From an uncultured Acidobacteriota bacterium (GTDB lineage Bacteria; Acidobacteriota; Thermoanaerobaculia; UBA5066; Gp7-AA6), in NCBI GenBank assembly GCA_963823185.1, contig CAWGKP010000006.1, positions 215,113 to 279,112 of the forward strand: a DNA stretch of 64,000 bases. The letters run 5' to 3'. The position numbers and the translations under genes were made by a program. Below, piece by piece: positions 1 to 7,754 of the stretch (position 1 is the stretch's first letter; each line of letters begins with the position of its first letter). The notes below the pieces were generated by a model. It ran no database searches. It had not been told where the DNA came from and saw nothing but the letters and a program-made list of their open reading frames with translations.

Positions 1-668
1 AAGAGCTGGCCCGGCGCCTGCACGCCGACGATGCGGAACGGCGAGCCCTCGACGACGATGTCGCGGCCGACCGGGTCGGTGCCGCCGAAGAGCTTGGAGG
101 CGAGCGTCGCGCCGACGACGGCGACCAGCAGGCGGCGCCGGCCGTCGTCCTCCGTCAGCCCGCGTCCGAGGCCGATCGGGCGGTTCATCCAGAACGAATA
201 ATCGCTGCCCACGCCGACGACGAACGTGCGCTCCGTGCCGCCGGCGATGCGGACGGCCGTCTGCTTCTGGGCCCGGGGGATGAACGCGAGGACCTTCGGG
301 TGCGGTGCGGTCAGACGCGGGAGATCCTCGTAGCGCAATCCCGGGCTCATCGCGAATCGCTTCTGCTCTTCCGTCGTCGTCGGGCTCTTGGGGGCGAGGC
401 GGACGGTGCCGTCCCAGCTCATTCCGGCGAAACCGGTCGAGATCTTGTCCATGACGCCGTCGAGGACGGAGGTCATGACGACGAGCGCGAAGACGCCGAG
501 CGCGAGCAGCGTCAGCGTGAGGATCGAGCGCAGCTTGTGCGCCCACAGCTCGATGAAGCCGCCGCGCACGACCTCGAGGTAGAGCGCCAGGTGGCTGCGC
601 AGGGACAGGCGGCGGGGCCGGGCGGGCGTCGCCGCGACGAGGGGAAGAACGGCGCTCTCGCTACTCAT
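1..668 (-). CDS. ABC transporter permease, MacB/FtsX family (N-terminal part; gene runs off the window)
   Basis: Own reverse-strand translation from ATG 668 gives MSSESAVLPLVAATPARPRRLSLRSHLALYLEVVRGGFIELWAHKLRSILTLTLLALGVFALVV...VGATLASKLFGGTDPVGRDIVVEGSPFRIVGV. That is a TM1 helix followed by a MacB-type periplasmic domain. ATGAGTAG overlaps the stop of 661..1908. The ORF track lacks it because it is truncated. Confidence 0.75.
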   Translation of the reverse strand, partial: MSSESAVLPLVAATPARPRRLSLRSHLALYLEVVRGGFIELWAHKLRSILTLTLLALGVFALVVMTSVLDGVMDKISTGFAGMSWDGTVRLAPKSPTTTEEQKRFAMSPGLRYEDLPRLTAPHPKVLAFIPRAQKQTAVRIAGGTERTFVVGVGSDYSFWMNRPIGLGRGLTEDDGRRRLLVAVVGATLASKLFGGTDPVGRDIVVEGSPFRIVGVQAPGQL

Positions 669-1908
669 AGTGCAGCGCCTCCATCGGCGACAGGCGGCTC
701 GCCTTGAAGGCCGGGTAGAGCGCGAACAGGAAACCGAACACCGCCGCGAGCACGCATGCCCAGACGAAACTCTTCGGATCCATGAAGAGCGGGACGCCGA
801 GCGCCGTCGTGATGATCTTGGAGAACCCGACGCCGATCACGAGCCCGGCGAGACTTCCGAGGCCGGTCAGGAGCATCGCCTCCGTCATGAACTCCCGGAA
901 GATCTCGCGGCCGGGCGCGCCGATCGCCATCTTGACCCCGACCTCGCGCACGCGCTCTTTCAGCGTCGCCATCTGGATGTTCACGTTGACGATGCCGCCG
1001 CCGAGCAGCGACAGCGCTCCCGAGAGCAGGAAGATCAGATCGTAGACGTCGCCCTGGCTGCGCTCCTTCTTGATGCGCGCGGCGACGTCGTCGAGCCGGA
1101 AATCGTCCTGCTGTCTGTGGTTCGCCTTGAGCATGCCCGAGAGCTGCTTCGAGAAGACGGCCATCGCGTCGAGATTCCGGATCCGGAACGTCACGCGGTC
1201 GAGCCGGTGGTAGGCGTCGCCATCGAAGCGCTGGGCGACGAGCGTGGCCGGCAGCGCCACGATGCGGTTGCGGCGCCGGAAGATGTTGCGGCCGCTCTTG
1301 CGGAAGCGGAAGACGCGCTCCCGGAAGACGCCGACGACCGTCACCGGCGTCTCGCCCACGCGGATCACCTGGCCGACGGCGTTGCCGGCGGGGAAGAACG
1401 TGCTCGCGGCCTCGCTCCCGAGCAAAGCCACGGGCGCGGCGGTGTCGAGATCCCGCGCCGAGAAGGCGCGCCCCTCGTCGATCTCGTAGCCGTCGAGCGC
1501 GAGGAAGTCGCCGCCGATGCCGCGGATGTCGCGCTCCTGGTCGGCCCACGCCGAGCGGACCCGCGCCTGCGCGAACTTCTGCTCCGAGACGCCGCCGACC
1601 GTCTTGTCGTCCAGGTCCTGTCCCTCGCTCGCGTCGTCGCGCCGCAGGCCGAGGTTCGCCATCTGCAGCGCGGTCGGGCTGCCGTCGCGCACGACGGCGG
1701 AGGGCTGGACGTTCAGCTTGTCGAGGCCGCCGAGGCGAATGAAGAGCTCGTCGGCTCGGCGCCGCTGGCTGTCGGAGATCGAGAAGCCGCCGAGGACCGA
1801 CGCGACGCCGAGCACGACGCCGAGCGACTGCAGGACGGCGCGCCCGAGGTTCTCCCGGATCTCGACCCAGGCGTTTCGGACCCTCTCGGCGAAGGCGCCG
1901 GTGCGCAC
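661..1908 (-). CDS. ABC transporter permease, MacB/FtsX family
   Basis: This is the C-terminal part of track ORF 661..2376(-). It has TM1 (LQSLGVVLGVASVLGG), a periplasmic domain and an FtsX-type C-terminal bundle (LKERVREVGVKMAIGA...YPAFKASRLSPMEALHYE). The Arg/Ser-rich first ~155 codons overlap the ATPase gene out of frame, so I start at GTG 1908. Confidence 0.85.
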   Translation of the reverse strand: MRTGAFAERVRNAWVEIRENLGRAVLQSLGVVLGVASVLGGFSISDSQRRRADELFIRLGGLDKLNVQPSAVVRDGSPTALQMANLGLRRDDASEGQDLDDKTVGGVSEQKFAQARVRSAWADQERDIRGIGGDFLALDGYEIDEGRAFSARDLDTAAPVALLGSEAASTFFPAGNAVGQVIRVGETPVTVVGVFRERVFRFRKSGRNIFRRRNRIVALPATLVAQRFDGDAYHRLDRVTFRIRNLDAMAVFSKQLSGMLKANHRQQDDFRLDDVAARIKKERSQGDVYDLIFLLSGALSLLGGGIVNVNIQMATLKERVREVGVKMAIGAPGREIFREFMTEAMLLTGLGSLAGLVIGVGFSKIITTALGVPLFMDPKSFVWACVLAAVFGFLFALYPAFKASRLSPMEALHYE

Positions 1909-1921
1909 GGCGACCGCTCCC

Positions 1922-2602
1922 TCAGGCCGCTTCCGCGCGGCGGATGAGCCCGTCGTGCAGCTCGACCTGTCGCTGGGCGAGGGCCGCGATCGAAAGGTCG
2001 TGCGTGACGATGAGGACCGTGTTGCCCTGGCGGTGGAGCTCCTGGAAGAGCTCGAGGATCTCGTGCCCGGTGTGGGAGTCGAGCGCGCCGGTCGGCTCGT
2101 CGGCGAGCAGGACCGATGGCCGGTTCGCGAGGGCGCGCGCGATCGCGACGCGCTGGCGCTGGCCGCCCGAGAGCGCCGCGGGAAGAACGTTCGCCTTCTC
2201 GGCGATGTCGACCTTCTCGAGCAGCTCCAGCGCCCGCGCGCGGCGCTCCTTCTTGCCGACGCCCGCGTAGAGCATCGGCAGCTCCACGTTGCGCCGCACC
2301 GAGGCCTTGGGCAGCAGGTTGTACTGCTGGAAGACGAATCCGATCTTCTCGTTGCGAATCCGCGCGAGCTCCGCACCCGTCAGGTGCTCGACGGACTCGC
2401 CGTCCAGCCGATACGTGCCCGTGGTCGGCGAGTCGAGGCAGCCGAGGATCGCCATCAGGGTCGACTTGCCCGAGCCCGACGGCCCGATGAGCGCCACGAA
2501 CTCGCCGCGCGCGATCGCGAGATCGATGCCGCGCAGCGCGTGGACGGCGACGCCGTTGGTGCCGAAGGTCTTGGTGAGGTCCGATGTTTCGATGATGTTC
2601 AT
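1922..2602 (-). CDS. ABC transporter ATP-binding protein (MacB/LolD type)
   Basis: Walker A GPSGSGKST, Q-loop FQQYNLLP, signature LSGGQRQRVAIARAL, Walker B LLADEPTGALD, H-loop VTHD. Confidence 0.95.
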   Translation of the reverse strand: MNIIETSDLTKTFGTNGVAVHALRGIDLAIARGEFVALIGPSGSGKSTLMAILGCLDSPTTGTYRLDGESVEHLTGAELARIRNEKIGFVFQQYNLLPKASVRRNVELPMLYAGVGKKERRARALELLEKVDIAEKANVLPAALSGGQRQRVAIARALANRPSVLLADEPTGALDSHTGHEILELFQELHRQGNTVLIVTHDLSIAALAQRQVELHDGLIRRAEAA

Positions 2603-2638
2603 GGTTCGTAGCTGTCAGCGATCCGCTGACGGCTGTTC

Positions 2639-3856
2639 TCAATCGGTATCGTCGTCCTTCTCGACCTTCTTGCGCGACGGATCTTCGAGCGCGACCTGCT
2701 GGCCGGGCTTCAAGCCCGAGAGGATCTCGACGCGCTCGAGCGTCGCGATTCCCGCGGAGACCGGGACGACGTCGAAGTAGTCCTTCCAGTGCTCGGAGAG
2801 CCAGATGAACTTGTTGCGGCCCGTCAGGCCGTCCTTGGCCGTGGCGATCTGCTGCGGCTTGAGGCTCGGCTTGAGGCGGTAGGCGACGGTCTTGCCGTCG
2901 CGCTTCTGGAGCGCCTCGAGAGGAATCGAGATCGCTTTGGCGCGCTTGTCGCCGAGGATCTCGACGTTGGCGCTCATCCCCGTGCGGAACGTGTCGGAGA
3001 GCTCGTCGAGCTTCACCTCGATCCTGAAGACCTTGATCTTCTCGACGAGCTCCGCCGCCGGCGCGACGAAGCTGACCTTGCCGGTGAAGACCTTCTGAGG
3101 ATACGCGTCGAGCGTGATGCGCACCGGCTGTCCGACCTGCACCTTGGCGATGTCCACCTCGTTCAGGTTGACCCGGATGATGAGCGACTTGAGGTCCGCG
3201 ACCGTGAAGAGCACGGTCCCGGCGTTGAAGGAGGAGACGCCGGAGGTGACCATGTCCCCGAGCTCCACGCCGCGCTTGATCACGACGCCGGCCATCGGCG
3301 AGGTGACGCGAGCCTTCTGCGATGCGGCGTTGCCGGAGATCGGGATGCCGCGGTCTTCGACGATCTGGTACCGCATCTGAGCCGCCCGAAGGCTCTCCGC
3401 GGCCTGGTCGCGCTTGATCTGCGAGGAACGGAAGGCGTCGTGGCCGACCAGTCCCTGCTCGAAGAGTGCCTTCTGCATCGTGAAGTCGCGCTCGGCGTCC
3501 TGAAGCTTCAGCTCCATGTCCTTGACGCTCGCCTGGACGTCGGAGAGCGACTGCGCCTGATTCACGTCGGGCTCGATCTCGGCGAGCATCGCGCCCGCGG
3601 CGACGACGGCGCCCTCGCGCACGCTCAGAGAGGTGACCTGTCCGGAGACCGCCGACTTGACGTCCACCTTGGTCACCGGGTCGACGACGCCCACTTCGCG
3701 GACCGAGACCTGAAGGTCCTCGGCCTGGACCTTGCCGAGCCGGAAGGGGCTGGAATCGGCCTTCGGATCGGTCTTGTCCTTGCCGCGCGTGGCGGCCAGG
3801 GCCCCGCCGGCCACGACGGCGATGGCAACGATCCAGACCCAGCGCTTCTTTCGCAT
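2639..3856 (-). CDS. efflux transporter periplasmic adaptor subunit (HlyD/MFP family)
   Basis: Track ORF 2639..4318(-) is Arg-rich nonsense until MRKKRWVWIVAIAVVAGGALAA (signal anchor) at ATG 3856. The rest has the MFP layout with a coiled-coil hairpin (QSLSDVQASVKDMELKLQDAERDF...). ATG 3919 is an alternative start. Confidence 0.85.
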   Translation of the reverse strand: MRKKRWVWIVAIAVVAGGALAATRGKDKTDPKADSSPFRLGKVQAEDLQVSVREVGVVDPVTKVDVKSAVSGQVTSLSVREGAVVAAGAMLAEIEPDVNQAQSLSDVQASVKDMELKLQDAERDFTMQKALFEQGLVGHDAFRSSQIKRDQAAESLRAAQMRYQIVEDRGIPISGNAASQKARVTSPMAGVVIKRGVELGDMVTSGVSSFNAGTVLFTVADLKSLIIRVNLNEVDIAKVQVGQPVRITLDAYPQKVFTGKVSFVAPAAELVEKIKVFRIEVKLDELSDTFRTGMSANVEILGDKRAKAISIPLEALQKRDGKTVAYRLKPSLKPQQIATAKDGLTGRNKFIWLSEHWKDYFDVVPVSAGIATLERVEILSGLKPGQQVALEDPSRKKVEKDDDTD

Positions 3857-4005
3857 GAAAAACCCCACAAATCTCCGGAAAGCCCCCGGCGAGCCCGTTT
3901 TCGGCCCAATTTTGGTCATTTCGGCCCGGCCTATCCGTCCGACACTAGTCTGTACGCTTCCCGGGCCGGAAATGTTCGGGACCGCTCCGCAAGATAATCC
4001 CCGCC

Positions 4006-6129
4006 GTGACGAGCGACGGGAGGACCGGCAGCTGGTCGAGCGCCCCGACGGGGCGATTCGCGGTTCGCCGCGTGCGCTCGGCTTTCGCCTCCTGGCGCGC
4101 CTCGATCCGGCCGTCGGACATCCTCCTCGCGAGCATCCTCGTCCTGCTCTCGGCCGGCCTCGGCGCGTTCCTGCTGGCGCGCGCCCACGCGGCCGCGAGC
4201 CTCGAGTTCGCCCAGCGGGCGCAGCGGCTCCACGCCGCGGTGATCGAGCGGCTCTCGAACCCCCTGGAGGACCTCGCGACGCTTTCGAGCTTCTTCGAGG
4301 CATCGGGCCGCGTGACACGCCGTCAGTTCCACATGCTGACGGACCCGATGCTCTCGCGCCACCGTCTCGTCTACGCGCTCGAGTGGCTGCCGTTCGTCCG
4401 CGACCGCGAGCGGATGTTCCAGGAGGCCGAGGCGCGCGCCGCCGGGCTCTCGACGTTCCGCATCTGGGAGACCGGGCCGGACGGCAAGCCCGTCGCGGCC
4501 GCGCGGCGGGAGTTCTACGTCCCGATCCAGTACATGGAGCCGCCCAACGTCCTCGCGCTCGGCCTCGACATCGCGTCCGACCAGGTTCGGTGGAGCTACG
4601 CCGAGAAGGCGCGCGACTCGGGCATGATGGTCGCCTCGCAGCCGTTCGTCCTCATCGAGGATCAAGGCCGGCCCGACCCGTCGCCGTCCATCGCGCTCTA
4701 CGGGCCGGTCTACGACGACGGCGACCCCGGCTCCGAGACCGCGCGCAGGGCCTCTCTCTCGGGCTTCGCCATGGCGGTCATTCGAGTCGCTCCGCTCGTG
4801 GACGCCGCCGCCGCCGCGGTGGACGCGACGGGCATCGCCTTCGTCCTGAGGGACGGCGACGTGCAGAATTCGGCGATCCTCGTCGAGCGCCCGCGCGGCG
4901 CGAAAGGCGTGACGCGCCGGTCGGACTTCGAGGCCGGGTTCCCGGTTCCCGTCGCGGACCGGCGCTGGACGCTCGACATCTTTGCGCTCCCGAAGGGATT
5001 CCTGCCGGCGAGCCGCGGTCCCATCGGCGTGGTAGTCGCCGGCGCGCTCACGGCGCTCCTCGGCTTCGTGACGCTGACTTCGCTGCGCACGATCTCGCGC
5101 CTGCGCCGCCAGGCGGAGAAGGTCGGGCCCTACCGCCTCGTCGCGCGCCTCGGGCACGGCGCCATGGGCGTCGTCTGGGAAGCGCGCCACGCGCTCCTGC
5201 GCCGGCCAACGGCCGTGAAGCTGCTCGCACCAGGGACGGAAGGGGAGCGCGCGCTGGCGCGCTTCGAGCGCGAGGTGCAGCTGACGGCGGGACTGACGCA
5301 CCCGAGCACGATCGCGATCTACGACTACGGACGCACGGCGGACGGGATCTTCTATTACGCGATGGAGCTGCTGCGCGGCATCAACCTGCTCCAGCTCGTC
5401 AACTTCGACGGGCCGCTGCCGCCGGCACGCGTCGTCCATCTGCTGCGCCAGGCCTGCGGCGCGCTCGCCGAGGCCCACGCCGCGGGCCTCATTCACCGCG
5501 ACATCAAGCCCGCCAACCTCATGATCTGCGTGTACGGCGGCATCCCCGACTTCCTGAAGATCCTCGATTTCGGTCTCGTCAAAGACATCGGCGCGGTCGA
5601 GCACTCGGCGGGAGGCGACGGCGCCGGGGCCGGAGCTCCCGCCCCGGACGACGCGTCTCTCTCCCACGACGGCTCGCTGCTCGGGACGCCGCTCTACATG
5701 GCGCCGGAGGGGATGAGCGACTCGTCCAAGGTGGACGCGCGCGCCGACATCTTCGCGCTCGGCGCGGTCGGGTACTTCCTCCTGACGGGGGGCTCTCCGT
5801 TTCCGGGGCGGACGGCGATCGAGGTCTTCCGCATGGAGCGGCGCGGCCCGCCGCCTCCGTTCGCGACCGCCGCACGGCACCCGGTGCCGCCGCGCCTCGA
5901 GGAGATCCTCTTTCGCTGCCTGGCCTTCGACCGCGAAGTGCGACCGGTTTCGGCCGAGGAGCTCGACGCGCTCCTCTCGGATTGCGGCGCGCCGCCGTGG
6001 AAGCTCGAGGAGAGCCGCGCCTGGTGGCGCGACCGGGGGCCCAAGGCCCTCGACACGGCGCGCGGAGAGCGGGAGGAGGAGGGGCGGATCATGTTCCTCT
6101 CGGCCGGAGACCGGGCCCGGACCGTCTAG
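4006..6129 (+). CDS. transmembrane receptor Ser/Thr protein kinase with extracytoplasmic CHASE-like sensor domain
   Basis: 707 aa. Two TM helices flank a CHASE-like block (LVYALEWLPFVRDRERMF...FYVPIQYMEPPNVLALGLDIASDQVR...). The C-terminal Hanks kinase has all motifs: GHGAMGVVW, AVKLL, HRDIKPANL, DFG, GTPLYMAPE. The exact start is uncertain. Confidence 0.85.
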   Translation: MTSDGRTGSWSSAPTGRFAVRRVRSAFASWRASIRPSDILLASILVLLSAGLGAFLLARAHAAASLEFAQRAQRLHAAVIERLSNPLEDLATLSSFFEASGRVTRRQFHMLTDPMLSRHRLVYALEWLPFVRDRERMFQEAEARAAGLSTFRIWETGPDGKPVAAARREFYVPIQYMEPPNVLALGLDIASDQVRWSYAEKARDSGMMVASQPFVLIEDQGRPDPSPSIALYGPVYDDGDPGSETARRASLSGFAMAVIRVAPLVDAAAAAVDATGIAFVLRDGDVQNSAILVERPRGAKGVTRRSDFEAGFPVPVADRRWTLDIFALPKGFLPASRGPIGVVVAGALTALLGFVTLTSLRTISRLRRQAEKVGPYRLVARLGHGAMGVVWEARHALLRRPTAVKLLAPGTEGERALARFEREVQLTAGLTHPSTIAIYDYGRTADGIFYYAMELLRGINLLQLVNFDGPLPPARVVHLLRQACGALAEAHAAGLIHRDIKPANLMICVYGGIPDFLKILDFGLVKDIGAVEHSAGGDGAGAGAPAPDDASLSHDGSLLGTPLYMAPEGMSDSSKVDARADIFALGAVGYFLLTGGSPFPGRTAIEVFRMERRGPPPPFATAARHPVPPRLEEILFRCLAFDREVRPVSAEELDALLSDCGAPPWKLEESRAWWRDRGPKALDTARGEREEEGRIMFLSAGDRARTV

Positions 6130-6201
6130 TTTCGGGGCCCTTGCGGCGGCGGCCACCGCCATAGAATACGCAGCAACCGTAAACCGAAGCGAGGCTCCGA
6201 C

Positions 6202-6516
6202 ATGTTGAGCGTAGACGCCGCTTTCGACCGCATCGGGTCCGCCCTCAAGCAGCGAGGCTACTCGCTCGCGAAAGAGGATCGTCCGCGCGAGGCGCCGGGC
6301 GACCGCTACGCCGTCTTCTCCTCGCAGGACATGTCCGTCCGCGTCTCCTGGAAGGAGAAGGCCCGCATTCTCGCGCTCGAGGTGGAGGCCGACGGCGCCT
6401 GGACCGAGTTCGCGCGGCGGGGCTTCGGGCCGACGGGGCTCGAGGAAACGGCCGTCGAGGTCCTCGTGCGCGCCGTGCGAAACGAGGTCGCCGAGACGTC
6501 GACGGACGCGGATTAA
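6202..6516 (+). CDS. hypothetical protein (104 aa)
   Basis: Balanced, non-Arg-biased composition. GAGG lies 7 nt upstream of the ATG. No family recognised. Confidence 0.55.
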   Translation: MLSVDAAFDRIGSALKQRGYSLAKEDRPREAPGDRYAVFSSQDMSVRVSWKEKARILALEVEADGAWTEFARRGFGPTGLEETAVEVLVRAVRNEVAETSTDAD

Positions 6517-6517
6517 G

Positions 6518-6733
6518 CCGTCGCCGGAGCTTGCTCGGGGATCTGGCTGCCGCCTCGAGCGAAGCGGTTGCTCTGCTCCCGGATCGGCGCCGCTGCCGGC
6601 GCTCGGCTCGGCCAAAGGCCTCGACCGCGCGCCTGATCGCCTCGCTTCGCTCCGGCTCCCGCGGCGCGCGCCTCCTCCCTCGCTTCCGCTCGGGAGACTT
6701 CGCGCGCCGCGAGCGCATGGATCTGCTCGACGG
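6518..6733 (+). repeat. 216-bp intergenic repeat with CCGTCG...CGACGG termini (MITE-like), copy C
   Basis: Aligns by eye along its length with reverse-complemented 49348..49570 and 60368..60586. Shared core: CGGCTCG[G/C]CCAAAGG(G)[C/G]CTCGA[C/T]CG..GCCTGAT. Starts 1 nt after the TAA of 6202..6516. Confidence 0.7.
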
Positions 6734-6752
6734 AATCTTCAATCACGTGCCC

Positions 6753-6777
6753 GTAGGGGCAGGGCTTGTCCCTGCCC
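6753..6777. repeat. REP-like GC-rich hairpin (GTAGGGGC-AGGG-CTTGT-CCCT-GCCC)
   Basis: Perfect stem-loop. Same family as the copies at 22745..22811, 39165..39224 and 49317..49341. Confidence 0.8.
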
Positions 6778-6869
6778 GATGTAGCCGCGTGGCATCTCCC
6801 TGGGAAGGAGAGCCGCGCTAGTCTTCGGAACCGGTCTGCGCGGCTTGCGTTTCTAGTCGAGGAGGTCTG

Positions 6870-7754
6870 ATGCTGGAAATCCGCTCGATCGGCAAGCGCT
6901 ATCCCGACGGGACGGTCGGGCTCGAGGAGTTCTCGCTCGCGGTCGGCGAGGGCGTGCTGGGGCTGCTCGGCGGAAACGGAGCGGGGAAGACCACGCTGAT
7001 GTCGCTGCTCGCGACGGTGACGCGCCCGACGTCGGGCACGTTTCTCTGGGAAGGGCGCGACGGCGTGGCCGACCCGCTCGCCGTGCGCCGCGTCCTCGGC
7101 TACCTGCCGCAGGACTTCGGCGTCTACGAGAAGCTGACCGCGCGCGAGTTCCTCGCCTACCTCGGCCGACTCAAGGGCCTCTCGGGCGCCGATCTCTCGC
7201 GCCGCGTGCAGCAGCTGCTCGAGCTGACGAACCTCCACGGCGCCGCGGACCGGAGGCTCGCGGGATTCTCCGGCGGAATGCGGCAGCGCGTCGGAATCGC
7301 CCAGGCGCTCCTCGGCGATCCGAAGCTCGTCATCGTGGATGAGCCGACCGTGGGTCTCGATCCGGAGGAGCGCGTCCGCTTCCGCAATCTCCTCTCGGAG
7401 ATCGCGCAGGGCCGCGTCGTGATCCTCTCGACGCACATCGTGTCGGACGTCGAGGCGGTGGCGTCCTCGATCGCCGTGATCCGGAAGGGCCGTCTCGTGC
7501 GGCACGCCACCCCGGAGGACCTCCTGCGCGACGCGGTCGGGCGCGTCTTCTCGGCCGTCGTGACGTCGGAGAAGCTGCCCGAGGCGCAGCGGAGCGTGCA
7601 CGTCTCGAACCTCATCCGGCGGGCCGACGGCGTGCACGTGCGCTTCGTCGGGCGCGGCGCGTCGCTCCCGGGCGCTCGCGAGGTCGAGCCGAACCTCGAG
7701 GACGCCTACCTCCTGACGAACCTCGAGGCGGACGCTCGGCGGCCCGCGGCGTGA
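6870..7754 (+). CDS. ABC transporter ATP-binding protein (ABC-2 type)
   Basis: Walker A GGNGAGKTT, signature FSGGMRQRVGIAQAL, Walker B VIVDEPTVGLD, H-loop STHI. Confidence 0.9.
   Translation: MLEIRSIGKRYPDGTVGLEEFSLAVGEGVLGLLGGNGAGKTTLMSLLATVTRPTSGTFLWEGRDGVADPLAVRRVLGYLPQDFGVYEKLTAREFLAYLGRLKGLSGADLSRRVQQLLELTNLHGAADRRLAGFSGGMRQRVGIAQALLGDPKLVIVDEPTVGLDPEERVRFRNLLSEIAQGRVVILSTHIVSDVEAVASSIAVIRKGRLVRHATPEDLLRDAVGRVFSAVVTSEKLPEAQRSVHVSNLIRRADGVHVRFVGRGASLPGAREVEPNLEDAYLLTNLEADARRPAA

Noticed and set aside
3931-6615. 894-aa ORF on the minus strand, antisense to the CHASE-kinase gene
   Set aside because: The composition is extremely Arg/Ala/Gly/Pro/Glu-rich with no recognisable motif, which is the typical off-frame artefact of GC-rich DNA. 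The plus-strand frame carries complete kinase motifs.
6531-6821. 96-aa ORF across the 6.5-6.8 kb intergenic region
   Set aside because: It is composed of the MITE-like repeat and the REP hairpin. The repeats occur in different frames and orientations elsewhere, so the ORF is incidental.
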